UHGV virus genome: UHGV-1372148
Source: a virus
Reading direction: 5' to 3' (one strand)
DNA: 44,945 nt
Shown: one piece after another, positions 19,588-28,828 of the stretch
Layout: each line of letters starts with the position of its first letter
How positions within the stretch are numbered: the first letter of the stretch is position 1
Position numbers and translations under genes: made by a program
Notes under the pieces: model-generated
Database searches by the model: none
The model's input: only the letters and a program-made list of their open reading frames with translations
Told to the model about the DNA's origin: nothing

Positions 19588-19862
19588 CACGCGAAGAAGT
19601 AAAAGCCCAGCTTGCGAAATGCCCGCTGGAGTGGGAGGAAGATATCGAGGGAATACTTACCGCTAAGGTATGCGCTCTTGATAGAAATGTCTGTATAACC
19701 TACCGCTTAATCGAAGATGACGTGTATATAAAAGCAGCTAATGACAGTGGTCGCTTCGTTGGCGAGTTCCTCGGTGTGGAAGGTGGAGAGAAGGCGCTCA
19801 AAGCCATAGCCGAAGACCACCGCCTCCTCTTCGCCTGCCGACTGCTCGGCATTAACGACTAA
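19584..19862 (+). CDS. Hypothetical small protein.
   Basis: 92 aa with ATGA overlap. Confidence 0.45.
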   Translation: MTREEVKAQLAKCPLEWEEDIEGILTAKVCALDRNVCITYRLIEDDVYIKAANDSGRFVGEFLGVEGGEKALKAIAEDHRLLFACRLLGIND

Positions 19863-19876
19863 TACAGACAAACGAT

Positions 19877-20449
19877 ATGAAGCTATTATTTTTCGACCTC
19901 GAGACGACGGGGACAAACCCAGCACGCCACGGCATACATCAGATTAGCGGCATCGTCGAGATCGACGGCGTCGAGCAGGAACGCTTCGACTTCAAGGTGC
20001 GCCCAAACCCAAAGGCCGAGATCCTCGACGAGGCTCTCGCCGTCGGTGGCGTCACCCGTGAGGAGATAGACGCCTATCCTCCGATGGAGGACGTGTACTG
20101 CAAGCTTGTAGCCCTGCTTTCGCGCTATGTAAGCAAGTATAACAAGACGGATAAGTTCTTCCTCGTTGGCTACAACAACGCCTCCTTTGATAACCAGTTC
20201 CTGCGGGGCTTCTTCCTGCAAAACGGGGACAACTACTTCGGCTCGTGGTTTTGGTCGAACTCCGTCGACGTGATGGTGCTTGCGTCGCAGTACCTACTCG
20301 CCGAGCGTCCGCTGATGCCGAACTTCAAGCTCTCGACCGTTGCCGCACAGCTCGGCGTCGTGGTATCTGAGGACAAGCTCCACGATGCACTCTACGACGT
20401 CGATCTCACGCGCGACGCTTACCACATAATGATAGACGACGAATTATGA
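19877..20449 (+). CDS. DEDDh 3'-5' exonuclease (DnaQ / RNase T / T4 DexA-like).
   Basis: Exo I motif FFDLETTG, Exo II motif VGYNNASFD and Exo III motif HDALYDVD (H-x4-D), in a protein of about 190 aa. Confidence 0.7.
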   Translation: MKLLFFDLETTGTNPARHGIHQISGIVEIDGVEQERFDFKVRPNPKAEILDEALAVGGVTREEIDAYPPMEDVYCKLVALLSRYVSKYNKTDKFFLVGYNNASFDNQFLRGFFLQNGDNYFGSWFWSNSVDVMVLASQYLLAERPLMPNFKLSTVAAQLGVVVSEDKLHDALYDVDLTRDAYHIMIDDEL

Positions 20450-20694
20450 TCAAAGACGATACTACCTACGCGTACGAGGTGCGCTTTCACGAAGCCCCCG
20501 AGGGACACAAGGAGCGCTCGCACTACTTCTTCTCGCTGGCTGCTATCTTCGAACACTTCACGCCGTCGGAGGTGGGCTGCACGGTGCAGACGTTCTACCG
20601 CGTGAAGCTGACCGAGGGAAACAAATACGAGGGGCGTCGGTGTGCCGTTCGCCGTGTGCCGATCTACCACAAGAAGCAGCGGGCGAGAGCATAA
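20446..20694 (+). CDS. Hypothetical small basic protein.
   Basis: 82 aa, overlapping the exonuclease stop (ATGA). Confidence 0.4.
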   Translation: MIKDDTTYAYEVRFHEAPEGHKERSHYFFSLAAIFEHFTPSEVGCTVQTFYRVKLTEGNKYEGRRCAVRRVPIYHKKQRARA

Positions 20695-20714
20695 CGACCA
20701 TACTACAGAATAAG

Positions 20715-20753
20715 CCGAGGGGCGGACGTTGCAGTGTGCAGCGCTCGCCCCTC
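20715..20753. terminator. Bidirectional stem-loop terminator between convergent genes.
   Basis: CGAGGGGCG-N21-CGCCCCTCG, a 9-bp GC stem. Confidence 0.45.
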
Positions 20754-20776
20754 GTCGTCTGTGCGTGTGGTGCTTG

Positions 20777-21883
20777 TTACGTTGTGTAGCCCTTGTTGTC
20801 ACGGATGAAATAGGGAAGGGATGCCCCGCCGTCGATACGTCCCTTGTTCTCGGCGAGCCACGTCTTGAAGCCCTCGGGGACGTCGCCCACGGCGTTAACG
20901 CTCCGCCCGTCGGTCGGCTCGCCTCGGAGTAACTTCTGCGTGTCGGCGGCCATTTCCTCGGGCGTCTTAAGTATCGGCGTAGTGTAGCATCGGCAGTTGG
21001 GGTGCCATCCCGTAAACTTAAAGTCCTTAGGGTACTTGCCGACGAGGTCGTCGCACATGCACTTGAAGGGCTTGCCGTTGAGGGTGTGATTGCCCGACAG
21101 ATGCACCTCGACGCCGACGACGAAGTCGAGCGCCTGCTGTCGTTCGTGGTCGGCCGCTCGGTAGGCTATGTTCGTCTCCGTGGCGGCGAGGCGGAGGGCG
21201 TTCTTGTACGACGAGCGATACACTCCCTGCCCTGGGTGGTAGGCCTTCGCACGCGCCGATAGTCGGAGCTGTCCGTGTTCGTCACGCACTCGTCGGAATA
21301 GCTTGTTAGGCTCGCGTAGGAAGCCACGCAGGGATCGGGAGAGTTCGTCGGCGGACTTACCCGCACGTATACCAACGTCCAGCCCCAGCTCGATCTCGGC
21401 CTTAAACTGGTCGGTATATCGCCATACGCGGTCACTAAGCCCCAGCCCCTGCTCCTTGCGCTTCACGAACGCCTCGCGGGCGTCCTCGTTGTTGCTTAGG
21501 AGTATGTGCTTTCGCTCCTCGGGCATCGTCTCGAGGCTCTTGCCGTAGACGCGTCTCACGAGGGCGTCGGTCTTGTTATTCGCCAGCGTCCACTCGGTGC
21601 GCACGCCCTGCTCGATGATACCCTGCATACGCTTCTGCAGGCCTGCCATAACGCCCTCGATGCGCTTCTTTGCCGCGGGGTGCTTGTCGAAGGTGAAGAT
21701 CTCCCCCTCGGGAGGCTTTACGCTGTGGATGCTGACGGCCACCGCGACCGCCTCGTATATGGCTTTATCGTACGCCCCCGAGATCATACGTGAGTAGGCC
21801 TCGAGGTGGAGGCGGTGCAGGGCTTCGTAGTCGAGGCCTGCCGTGCGTCGGCGTCGGCGCGGTGTTATGAGCGTCTTTGCCAT
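20777..21883 (-). CDS. Head morphogenesis protein (SPP1 gp7 / Mu F family) with a C-terminal Cys cluster.
   Basis: 368 aa, downstream of the portal. The C-terminus carries CMCDD...HPNCRC. Confidence 0.65.
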   Translation of the reverse strand: MAKTLITPRRRRRTAGLDYEALHRLHLEAYSRMISGAYDKAIYEAVAVAVSIHSVKPPEGEIFTFDKHPAAKKRIEGVMAGLQKRMQGIIEQGVRTEWTLANNKTDALVRRVYGKSLETMPEERKHILLSNNEDAREAFVKRKEQGLGLSDRVWRYTDQFKAEIELGLDVGIRAGKSADELSRSLRGFLREPNKLFRRVRDEHGQLRLSARAKAYHPGQGVYRSSYKNALRLAATETNIAYRAADHERQQALDFVVGVEVHLSGNHTLNGKPFKCMCDDLVGKYPKDFKFTGWHPNCRCYTTPILKTPEEMAADTQKLLRGEPTDGRSVNAVGDVPEGFKTWLAENKGRIDGGASLPYFIRDNKGYTT

Positions 21884-21892
21884 TGTCTGTCG

Positions 21893-22123
21893 TTAGTCCT
21901 TGCGTTGCGTGAAGTGCGGGCAGGCCTCCCTCGAGAGGAGATCGAGGAAGCGCCCGCCGTGCTTGTTGTACTTACATCGCCCGAGGGTTGGGCGTCCGTC
22001 GACGGCCGAGGGGTAGGCGAGATCGTGGATGAGTGCGCAACCTCGGCACTGCCCGCGTGAGCCTTCCCCGTCGCCCGTGACGGCCTTTCGCCTCGTGGCT
22101 GGGGTGTTGTTACGCTTCGCCAC
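21893..22123 (-). CDS. Small Cys-rich (zinc-ribbon-like) protein.
   Basis: 76 aa with CRGC...C...C. It overlaps the portal 3' end by 14 bp. Confidence 0.35.
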   Translation of the reverse strand: MAKRNNTPATRRKAVTGDGEGSRGQCRGCALIHDLAYPSAVDGRPTLGRCKYNKHGGRFLDLLSREACPHFTQRKD

Positions 22124-23525
22124 CGATAGCGCCCTCTAAGGGGTTAAACACGTCCCCCTGCGACTGCTCGGCTATCTCGCGCAGTGTCTGATCGACGTCC
22201 TCGGAGTGACCGAGCGCCTCGATCGCCTCGCGCTGCGACATAATAGGGAGGCCACCGCTCGCCGTGATTAGCATGTTGATCTGTTCCTGCTGGTCGCCTA
22301 TAGAGAAGGGCGTTATCTTCGTCTCGACGATTAGCGCGTCGATAGCGTCGGTGTATGCGGGGAGAGCGCTCTTGAGGAAGGCCTTTACGACGTTAAGCTC
22401 GCGGTCGAAGAACTCGAGGAGGCGGCCGCTCTCGTCCGTGACCTTCATCTGCGCGTCGATGAACAGCTGCTTGCGGCTCTCGCCCGAGAGTGCCTGCTGG
22501 CTCATCTTCTCGTACGACCAGTCGGGGAGCTGTAACTGGGTGAAGAAGAGCGAGCGGAGGTTATCGACAAAGAACTTGAGGTTCTCGACGGCCTGCTCCC
22601 ACGTCACGTACTCGGCGCGTGCGCCCGAGGGGTACTGCATCACCGAGCGGAACTCCTTATCTTGGCTCTTCTCGTCGCCGTAGGAGATCACCTCGTCGGC
22701 CATCACGATAAACAGCGGCTTCGAGTTCTTTCGGAGGTAGTTGCCGTTGCGTGATAGCGCCATTTCGATCTCGTAGACGGTCTCCGACGTGTTCTCCCAA
22801 ATAGGCGTAGGGCGGTACATATACACGGCGGGGATCTTCCCGAGTGTGGTAGCTTCGCGCTCTACCTCCGTCCACTTGCCCTCTCCGCCGTCGCTGTATC
22901 GCACGTGCAGGCCGTCGGTGTAGGCGTCGAAGTAGTTAATCTTCGCCTTGCCGACCTTGCGGGCGTAGCCCACCGAGAGCGCCACGAGGTCGCCGTACTC
23001 GTCGAAGAGCGGGTACAACGCATCGCCGAGCATCGGTGAGAAGTTGCGGCTGCGAAATTTCAGCCTACTATCGAAGCCGTAGACGTTGTTAGGCGCTTCG
23101 GTGGCGTACCAAAGTGTCAGCACCTCGCACCCTGCGAAGAGCATGTTGAGGCGCTCGATATTGAGCGTGTCGACGCGGTTACGCAGGAGGATCGCCTCGA
23201 GGTACTGCGCTACCTCCTTCTGTCGTTCGTCGGCGGGCTTGTAGATACGCTTGACGGGGATGCCGACGCACAGCTCCGTCATACGCTTAACTGCGAGGCG
23301 CTGGAGGTCGAGCGCCACGCGCGTAACCTTCTCGATACCCTCCTTGCTGACGACGTCGGGGTATTGGGTCTTATCCATCACGGGGTGGTACTTCGGATCA
23401 TACTGCCCCTCGAGGTTTTTCTTGCCCGCCCACGCTGGCACCTCGACGGCCTTCTGTTTGAGGGCGGTGAGCTTGTCCTCGACGGAGACGGCGGCGTCGT
23501 TGAGGAGGTCGTTAATCTGTGACAT
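22110..23525 (-). CDS. Portal protein (SPP1 gp6-like).
   Basis: 471 aa, immediately downstream of the large terminase. Confidence 0.8.
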   Translation of the reverse strand: MSQINDLLNDAAVSVEDKLTALKQKAVEVPAWAGKKNLEGQYDPKYHPVMDKTQYPDVVSKEGIEKVTRVALDLQRLAVKRMTELCVGIPVKRIYKPADERQKEVAQYLEAILLRNRVDTLNIERLNMLFAGCEVLTLWYATEAPNNVYGFDSRLKFRSRNFSPMLGDALYPLFDEYGDLVALSVGYARKVGKAKINYFDAYTDGLHVRYSDGGEGKWTEVEREATTLGKIPAVYMYRPTPIWENTSETVYEIEMALSRNGNYLRKNSKPLFIVMADEVISYGDEKSQDKEFRSVMQYPSGARAEYVTWEQAVENLKFFVDNLRSLFFTQLQLPDWSYEKMSQQALSGESRKQLFIDAQMKVTDESGRLLEFFDRELNVVKAFLKSALPAYTDAIDALIVETKITPFSIGDQQEQINMLITASGGLPIMSQREAIEALGHSEDVDQTLREIAEQSQGDVFNPLEGAIGGEA

Positions 23526-23579
23526 CTTTCTCTCTCTCTTGTTTTGGTTAGTCGTTAGTGTCGTTATGTTGGTGGCACG

Positions 23580-25166
23580 CTATACGAGCGCGCTTAGTCG
23601 TGCGAGGTCGATACGGCCACCCGTGACGGCGTGCGTAGGGTAGAACGTGTTGGCGAGGGCATCGAAGCGGTCGGGGGAGCGCCCGAGGCGCCTCTTAATC
23701 TCGTCCTTCTTCTCGATGAGGACGCGCCCGTCGGATCGAAACGACCAGCGCACCTCGGACATCTCCTCGGCCAGCTGATCGTCGGGCGGTAGCATTGCGC
23801 CCGTGTCGTTCTTCGGGTCGAGCCAGTCGCGCACCGCCCAAAAGAGGTAGGCGCGGAGGTTGGCGAAGCGGTACTGCCCCGTCATATCTGTAAGGTCGCG
23901 GTCGCGGATCTTAGCCCCTGCGCTGTACTTACAACTGATCAATAGACGGCTATCCCCGCCCAGCTCCTCGAGACGGCTATACACTCCCGCGCCCTCGCCG
24001 ATAGTGTCGATGCTCACGATGAGGTTAGGCTCACGGCGTCGGCGTGCGTGTACCTCGCCAGCGACGGCCATATGGTCGGCACGTCCGCCCGAGTTACGGC
24101 AGTCGAGTGGGAAGACGTAGTTGCCCTTGCGCTCGCAGAAGCACGAACTATCGCGACCCATACCTGCGACGTCGACGCCGAGGATGCGCTGCTCGTACGC
24201 GGGTGGCTCTTGTCCGCCTGCCCGCCGCCAGCGCTCGACGGCTAAGTCTATCCACTGCTGGGGGATGAGGACGTCGTCTCCGACCTTCGGGAAGCATCCG
24301 AGTACCTTCTTTCGGAATAAGTCCTCGGGGCGATACCACTGCCCCTCGAACTCGAAGTCGTCCTGCTCCTCGGCGCGGTCTCTCTCGTCGATCGGCGTAC
24401 ACCACTCGCGGAGCTTATCGACCACCCACGCGTAGTCTACCTGCCCAGGGATCACGACGCGCTTCTCGCGGACGTTCGGGGCGGTTAGGCTGTTGAGACG
24501 GAACTTCGCCCAGCGGTCGCCCTTGTGGCTTCGTGCGGCGTAGCCCGTCGTCGTGTTGGGGTTGAACACGAGGAGAATGCGGGAGTCTCCCTGCAGGTTA
24601 CCCTCGATAGCGGCAAACGTGTCCTCACCGATACCCGACGCCTCGGTGATGATAAACATAGTGTGGACGGCGTGGAAGCCCGACCACGCCTCGTGGTTAT
24701 GCTCGTCGGCCTTGAAGCCCGTCAAGAACCACTCGTCGTTACTCGTTCTAATGTCGTAGGCGTTGAGCCGTCCTGGGAGATCGACGCCACGACGTCGCGC
24801 GCGGTTGAAGAGGCGCGCCACTTCGGGCATCATAATATTCTTTACCTGTCTATCGGTCGGCGCTGTGAGGGCTACCTTCGTATTCTCGATCATCTCGCCC
24901 TCGGCGTTCCAGCGTGGCGTGAGGTAGAGGAAGCAGACGGCGGCGCAGGCGGCGACGAAGTCCTTACCGCGCGCCGTACCCGAGGCCACCGACGTACGGG
25001 GGTTGTGTTGCACGGAGCGCAGGATCGCCTGCTGCTCCTCGTCGAGATTGACGCCGAGCGCCTCCTTTGCGAACTTGCACCAGTCGGCACGCCACGACGC
25101 GACGAGGTCGACGCCCTGCTGTCGCAGTCGTCCCTCCTTGCTCGTCGTTCGTGTCTTCTTTGCCAT
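23580..25166 (-). CDS. Terminase large subunit.
   Basis: 528 aa with an N-terminal ATPase region and a C-terminal nuclease-like region. It is preceded by the small terminase. Confidence 0.8.
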   Translation of the reverse strand: MAKKTRTTSKEGRLRQQGVDLVASWRADWCKFAKEALGVNLDEEQQAILRSVQHNPRTSVASGTARGKDFVAACAAVCFLYLTPRWNAEGEMIENTKVALTAPTDRQVKNIMMPEVARLFNRARRRGVDLPGRLNAYDIRTSNDEWFLTGFKADEHNHEAWSGFHAVHTMFIITEASGIGEDTFAAIEGNLQGDSRILLVFNPNTTTGYAARSHKGDRWAKFRLNSLTAPNVREKRVVIPGQVDYAWVVDKLREWCTPIDERDRAEEQDDFEFEGQWYRPEDLFRKKVLGCFPKVGDDVLIPQQWIDLAVERWRRAGGQEPPAYEQRILGVDVAGMGRDSSCFCERKGNYVFPLDCRNSGGRADHMAVAGEVHARRRREPNLIVSIDTIGEGAGVYSRLEELGGDSRLLISCKYSAGAKIRDRDLTDMTGQYRFANLRAYLFWAVRDWLDPKNDTGAMLPPDDQLAEEMSEVRWSFRSDGRVLIEKKDEIKRRLGRSPDRFDALANTFYPTHAVTGGRIDLARLSALV

Positions 25167-25172
25167 TGCCCG

Positions 25173-25769
25173 CTATTCGTCGCTGTCGTCGTCCGTGGGT
25201 GCGTCGAGGTCGATCTGCCCGCTCTCGATGAGGAACGAGGCAAACGATACGCCCCCGCTGATGTCCTTCTTCTCGGGTGCGTACAGCCCGAGGAGCTTAC
25301 GGCGCTCCATCAGCTGCTTGCGGATCTCGGCGATATACGATACGTCGCCGAGGCCTGCCTTCGTCTTCTCCGTCTCGGTCGCTTCGACGGTCTGAAGGCC
25401 ACCGCCCGAGCCGTTAGAGCCACCGCCCGAGGGTCTCCCCCGCTTGCTCTTGTACACCTCGATCTGCACCTCCTTCGAGCGCTCCCATTGCCCCCACAGC
25501 TCGCGCACCGTGTCGTCGATGCGCTCGAGTTCGAGCTGTATAGCGTCGTCCATATCCTCGAGCCTACCCGAGCGCCACTCCTTGAGCAACACCTGTATGT
25601 CACGATGTACGACGCTCGTCGAGTAGCTCGCGAGATCGAGGCGTTTCATAACCTCCTCGCTGATCTGTCGGCACGAGTAGCCCTTCTTGTACAGCTCGGC
25701 GACTATCACCAGCCGCCCCTCGCGCTTGCGCTTCGCTTTGTCGTTACCTGCTTGTTGAGCTTTTCCCAT
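25173..25769 (-). CDS. Terminase small subunit.
   Basis: 198 aa with an N-terminal HTH-like region (GYSCRQISEEV) and an acidic C-terminus, directly upstream of terL. Confidence 0.6.
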   Translation of the reverse strand: MGKAQQAGNDKAKRKREGRLVIVAELYKKGYSCRQISEEVMKRLDLASYSTSVVHRDIQVLLKEWRSGRLEDMDDAIQLELERIDDTVRELWGQWERSKEVQIEVYKSKRGRPSGGGSNGSGGGLQTVEATETEKTKAGLGDVSYIAEIRKQLMERRKLLGLYAPEKKDISGGVSFASFLIESGQIDLDAPTDDDSDE

Positions 25770-25794
25770 AATTCTATCTATTCATCTGTTGTTG

Positions 25795-26730
25795 TCAGTC
25801 GTCCTTATGCCCAGCAACCTTATTCTCGTTGGTGAATGGGAAGTCTTCCTGATACCTATCCCACGCAATATTGTCGTGTTCAGCCCTGCCTCGAATTATA
25901 CACGGTCCGAGGTATTTATAGTTAATACGATGGTGTATTCTACCACCGTTTTTGGGCTGGTACTCAGCTTTTATCGCCGACGGGAACTGGATCACCGTCA
26001 CAAGAGCCTTGTTAAGCAGCTTGCACTCGTTATATAGATCTGTTAGGCCTCCGCTCTGCGTTGCCGACTGCACCTGCTGTAAAACGATGGAGTGCTGTGC
26101 CGTACCCGTAAACAGACCCTCGTTTATTATACCTGTGAATAGACTTGTATCGTCATCCTGCACACCTCTTTCACCCCTGTATATGTATGGAAGGAGGTAG
26201 AATGTTGTATTCATCACCTTTCGTGTGAATATCGGGTATTGATAGCCACCGATGAAGTCGCCCGTCTGTGGATAGCCGAACACCCCAATGTGCCTCTTCC
26301 GCATTAAGTCCTCAGCCTTGTTGAATGCCCGTCTGACAAGATCTAAGTCACGGATCGTTCGCCTCATCATAAACGAGGCAAAATACTGAGTGTCATCATC
26401 CATTACGACGTAGAAGTCGATGCCTATTGACTCGGCGTAGTCTTGAAACATATTGCGTGCTTGCCCTGCACTACGACGAGACACAGACGCCCTATGTACG
26501 TAGTCATACCTCCTGCGTGCCTCCTCCATGTTGAATACGTGGACGTTGAAGCCGTATTTAGCAGCCTCGTCTCTGTATTCGTCCTCATCGCCTGCTTGGT
26601 CGTCTATAAACACGGTGACAAGCGACATATTCCACCCAGCCTTATGAAGGAAGTAGACGGTCTTTATATTCCTTGGTCTGTGGTAGCTCGGGATAAACAC
26701 CCGACACATCTGGCTGCTATCCCCTATCAT
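25795..26730 (-). CDS. Putative GT-A-type glycosyltransferase (DxD motif), in a low-GC island.
   Basis: 311 aa carrying FYVVMDDDTQY and TVFIDDQAGDED. Local GC is visibly lower (about 47 %) than the flanks (about 62 %). Confidence 0.4.
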   Translation of the reverse strand: MIGDSSQMCRVFIPSYHRPRNIKTVYFLHKAGWNMSLVTVFIDDQAGDEDEYRDEAAKYGFNVHVFNMEEARRRYDYVHRASVSRRSAGQARNMFQDYAESIGIDFYVVMDDDTQYFASFMMRRTIRDLDLVRRAFNKAEDLMRKRHIGVFGYPQTGDFIGGYQYPIFTRKVMNTTFYLLPYIYRGERGVQDDDTSLFTGIINEGLFTGTAQHSIVLQQVQSATQSGGLTDLYNECKLLNKALVTVIQFPSAIKAEYQPKNGGRIHHRINYKYLGPCIIRGRAEHDNIAWDRYQEDFPFTNENKVAGHKDD

Positions 26731-27655
26731 AGTCGTATCCGCTTACGTTCTCCGTCATCCAGCTGTCGTCCGATGCCATAACCTCCTCGCGAATTCTGAT
26801 AAGGTCGTCCTCTATGAAGCCATCGACAGATCCGTCGACAAGCACCATCCTAAGTCGCTCAATCACAGCTTTCTCTTCGTCGGAAGCATTGAACTCGTAG
26901 TAATTCGCAACCGCTTCAAAGTTTATCTTGATAAATCGGTAAGCGAACATTAACATCACGGCCTTCTGCTCCGACGTTAGGTTGCTGCTCTCTATAACGG
27001 CAACCTTCGCGTCGAACTTTGAGGTATCTATGCACTCTGACAGCTCTAAGTCAGGCTTACGCTTTGGCTCGTAGTACATACCCGTAAAGTCAAGGGAGCT
27101 TAGTCGCTCCGTCTCCGTAATTCGTTCAGTGTCATTGTCGTCCCCAGTCTCATCGGGCTGCCACACGTCCAGCCCCCAGTCCTTCAGCTCGGCTTCGTCC
27201 CACTCGTTGGCGAGGGCGTCGTAGTCCCACGCACCGAAGCCGACGTTGTCCTTGATGATGAACTCGCGCGCCTCGGCGTCGGTCAGTCGGTCGGCGCGGA
27301 GGATGACGGCCGTAGGGGCGTCGCGCCACGTGAGCCAGCGATTGAGGAGTGCCTCTTGCTCTGGCTTCGGCTTCTTGATGAAGTCGGGGAGCTGTGCAAG
27401 GCGATTGCCGATGGCGTCGTAGCTCATATCGGCGATGGCGCAGAGCGCACGATAGCGCATATTACCACCGAGGGCGGTCATCGTAGCGTCGACGACGATA
27501 GGGCGAATCTCGAGCATTTTGGGGAGGACGAGTACGCTATCTACGAGGCGCTGGAATTGCGCGCCCGAGATAGAGCGAGGGTTGGCCGCGTTGGCCTGCA
27601 CCTGCGAGAGCTTGACGATCTCGGGCGTCGGTGTCTGTTGTTGTGTATCTGCCAT
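26717..27655 (-). CDS. ParB-like nuclease domain protein (ParB N-terminal / sulfiredoxin fold).
   Basis: The N-terminal KLSQVQANAANPRSISGAQFQRLVDSV...LEIRPIVV...GGNMRYRA matches the ParB N-terminal domain. Confidence 0.6.
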   Translation of the reverse strand: MADTQQQTPTPEIVKLSQVQANAANPRSISGAQFQRLVDSVLVLPKMLEIRPIVVDATMTALGGNMRYRALCAIADMSYDAIGNRLAQLPDFIKKPKPEQEALLNRWLTWRDAPTAVILRADRLTDAEAREFIIKDNVGFGAWDYDALANEWDEAELKDWGLDVWQPDETGDDNDTERITETERLSSLDFTGMYYEPKRKPDLELSECIDTSKFDAKVAVIESSNLTSEQKAVMLMFAYRFIKINFEAVANYYEFNASDEEKAVIERLRMVLVDGSVDGFIEDDLIRIREEVMASDDSWMTENVSGYDYDRG

Positions 27656-27671
27656 ACTGCAAATTTACTTT

Positions 27672-27695
27672 AAGTGATTGAATTTTAATCACTAT
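27672..27695. repeat. 24-bp element AAGTGATTGAATTTTAATCACTAT (copy 1).
   Basis: Identical in inverted orientation to 32923-32946. An internal 7-bp inverted repeat AGTGATT / AATCACT. Confidence 0.75.
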
Positions 27696-28059
27696 TTGGG
27701 CGCGAAAAAGAGTGCGCGCTCTCGATAGTGCGACGTACGAGGTCGAGCGTTGCGCCCGTGGTGAGGGTGTCGGGCGTTACGCGGAGGATGCGCCAGCCGA
27801 GGGCGGTGGCGGTGTTGTATTTCTCCATGTCGCCGAGGAAGCCACGGGGGCGCGTGTGTCGTCCCTGCGTCCACACGCCACCCTCTACCTCGACGGCGAT
27901 CTTATGCTCGGGTATAGCGTAGTCGAAGCGCCAGCGACGCACTGGGTGGAAGCGCAGCTCACGGACGCAGGCGACGCGTAGGTCGCTCCGACAGAGCGCC
28001 GTGAAGAGGTCACTCGTGGCGATGTCGGAGGCCTTCGCTTTGGTCTTGGTCTTTGCCAT
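27685..28059 (-). CDS. DUF559 / Vsr-like endonuclease-fold protein.
   Basis: The pattern RFDYAIPEHKIAVEVEGGVWTQGRHTRPRGFLGDMEKYNTATALGWRILRV matches the very-short-patch-repair-like DUF559 family. Confidence 0.55.
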   Translation of the reverse strand: MAKTKTKAKASDIATSDLFTALCRSDLRVACVRELRFHPVRRWRFDYAIPEHKIAVEVEGGVWTQGRHTRPRGFLGDMEKYNTATALGWRILRVTPDTLTTGATLDLVRRTIESAHSFSRPNSD

Positions 28060-28068
28060 TTGGGCGGG

Positions 28069-28749
28069 CTATTTGATAGGGTGCTTCTTTCGTGAGCGTT
28101 CGAGTTCGTCGGATAGGTAGCGGACGAGCAGCTCGAGGCGTGCCTCTCGGTGGAAGATTACCCCCTCCTTTGCGAGGTCGATAGTTGGGTAGCGCCCCTT
28201 TATGGTCTTGTCCCCGTCCTCGACGTGCAGGACGGTGTACTGCCCGCCCTCCTCGTGTATGCGATACTGCCCGCATATTGACCACGGCGCACCGAGGGCG
28301 AGATCTCCGTCGGCCGCTGTATAGAAGTCACCGACGCCGACGCTACTACACCTCCGCTCCTCCTCGATAGCCTCAAGGGTGCTTTCGGCTACGAGGTCGT
28401 CGATCAGCTTCGCCGCCTCGCGCCACTGGTAGAGGATGGCTTTCAGCATAGCCTCGGCGACCTTATCGGGTAGGCCGTTAGCCTCGCAGTGTGCCTCGAC
28501 GCCGTAGGTGGCGCGTGTGCGGTAGTCGTCGGTGAGTTGTCGGTAATAGAGGAAGGCGTGCGCCTTACGGCAGTAGTCGGCGGCCTTCTTTAGGTCTGCC
28601 ACTGGCGCGCCCTTGAACTTGTAGCGCGTTAGGTACTTCACGACGTTGCCCTGGAAGAAGTCGAGGTCAAGGCCTGCGATGAGGTCGAGGGGCTGGTGCG
28701 GTAGATCTGTGTAGTGCGTCCCGCCTATCTGTGTATCGAGTGTATTCAT
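28069..28749 (-). CDS. DUF3310-domain phage protein.
   Basis: N-terminal QIGGTHYTDLPHQPLDLI...NVVKYLTRY is the DUF3310 signature. Confidence 0.45.
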   Translation of the reverse strand: MNTLDTQIGGTHYTDLPHQPLDLIAGLDLDFFQGNVVKYLTRYKFKGAPVADLKKAADYCRKAHAFLYYRQLTDDYRTRATYGVEAHCEANGLPDKVAEAMLKAILYQWREAAKLIDDLVAESTLEAIEEERRCSSVGVGDFYTAADGDLALGAPWSICGQYRIHEEGGQYTVLHVEDGDKTIKGRYPTIDLAKEGVIFHREARLELLVRYLSDELERSRKKHPIK

Positions 28750-28828
28750 TTCGTTGTCTGTGGGGTGGTGTGGTGGTTAGTAGCCCCTCCCCACGTCGTC
28801 GGCGGGGAGGGTGCTTTGTGTAGTGTGG

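Noticed and set aside
28780-28812. CCCCTCCCC-N13-GGGGAGGG hairpin between the 126-aa gene and the DUF3310 gene.
   Set aside because: It has no U-tract on the transcribed (minus) strand. It is more likely an intra-operon RNA structure than a terminator. Not reported as a feature.
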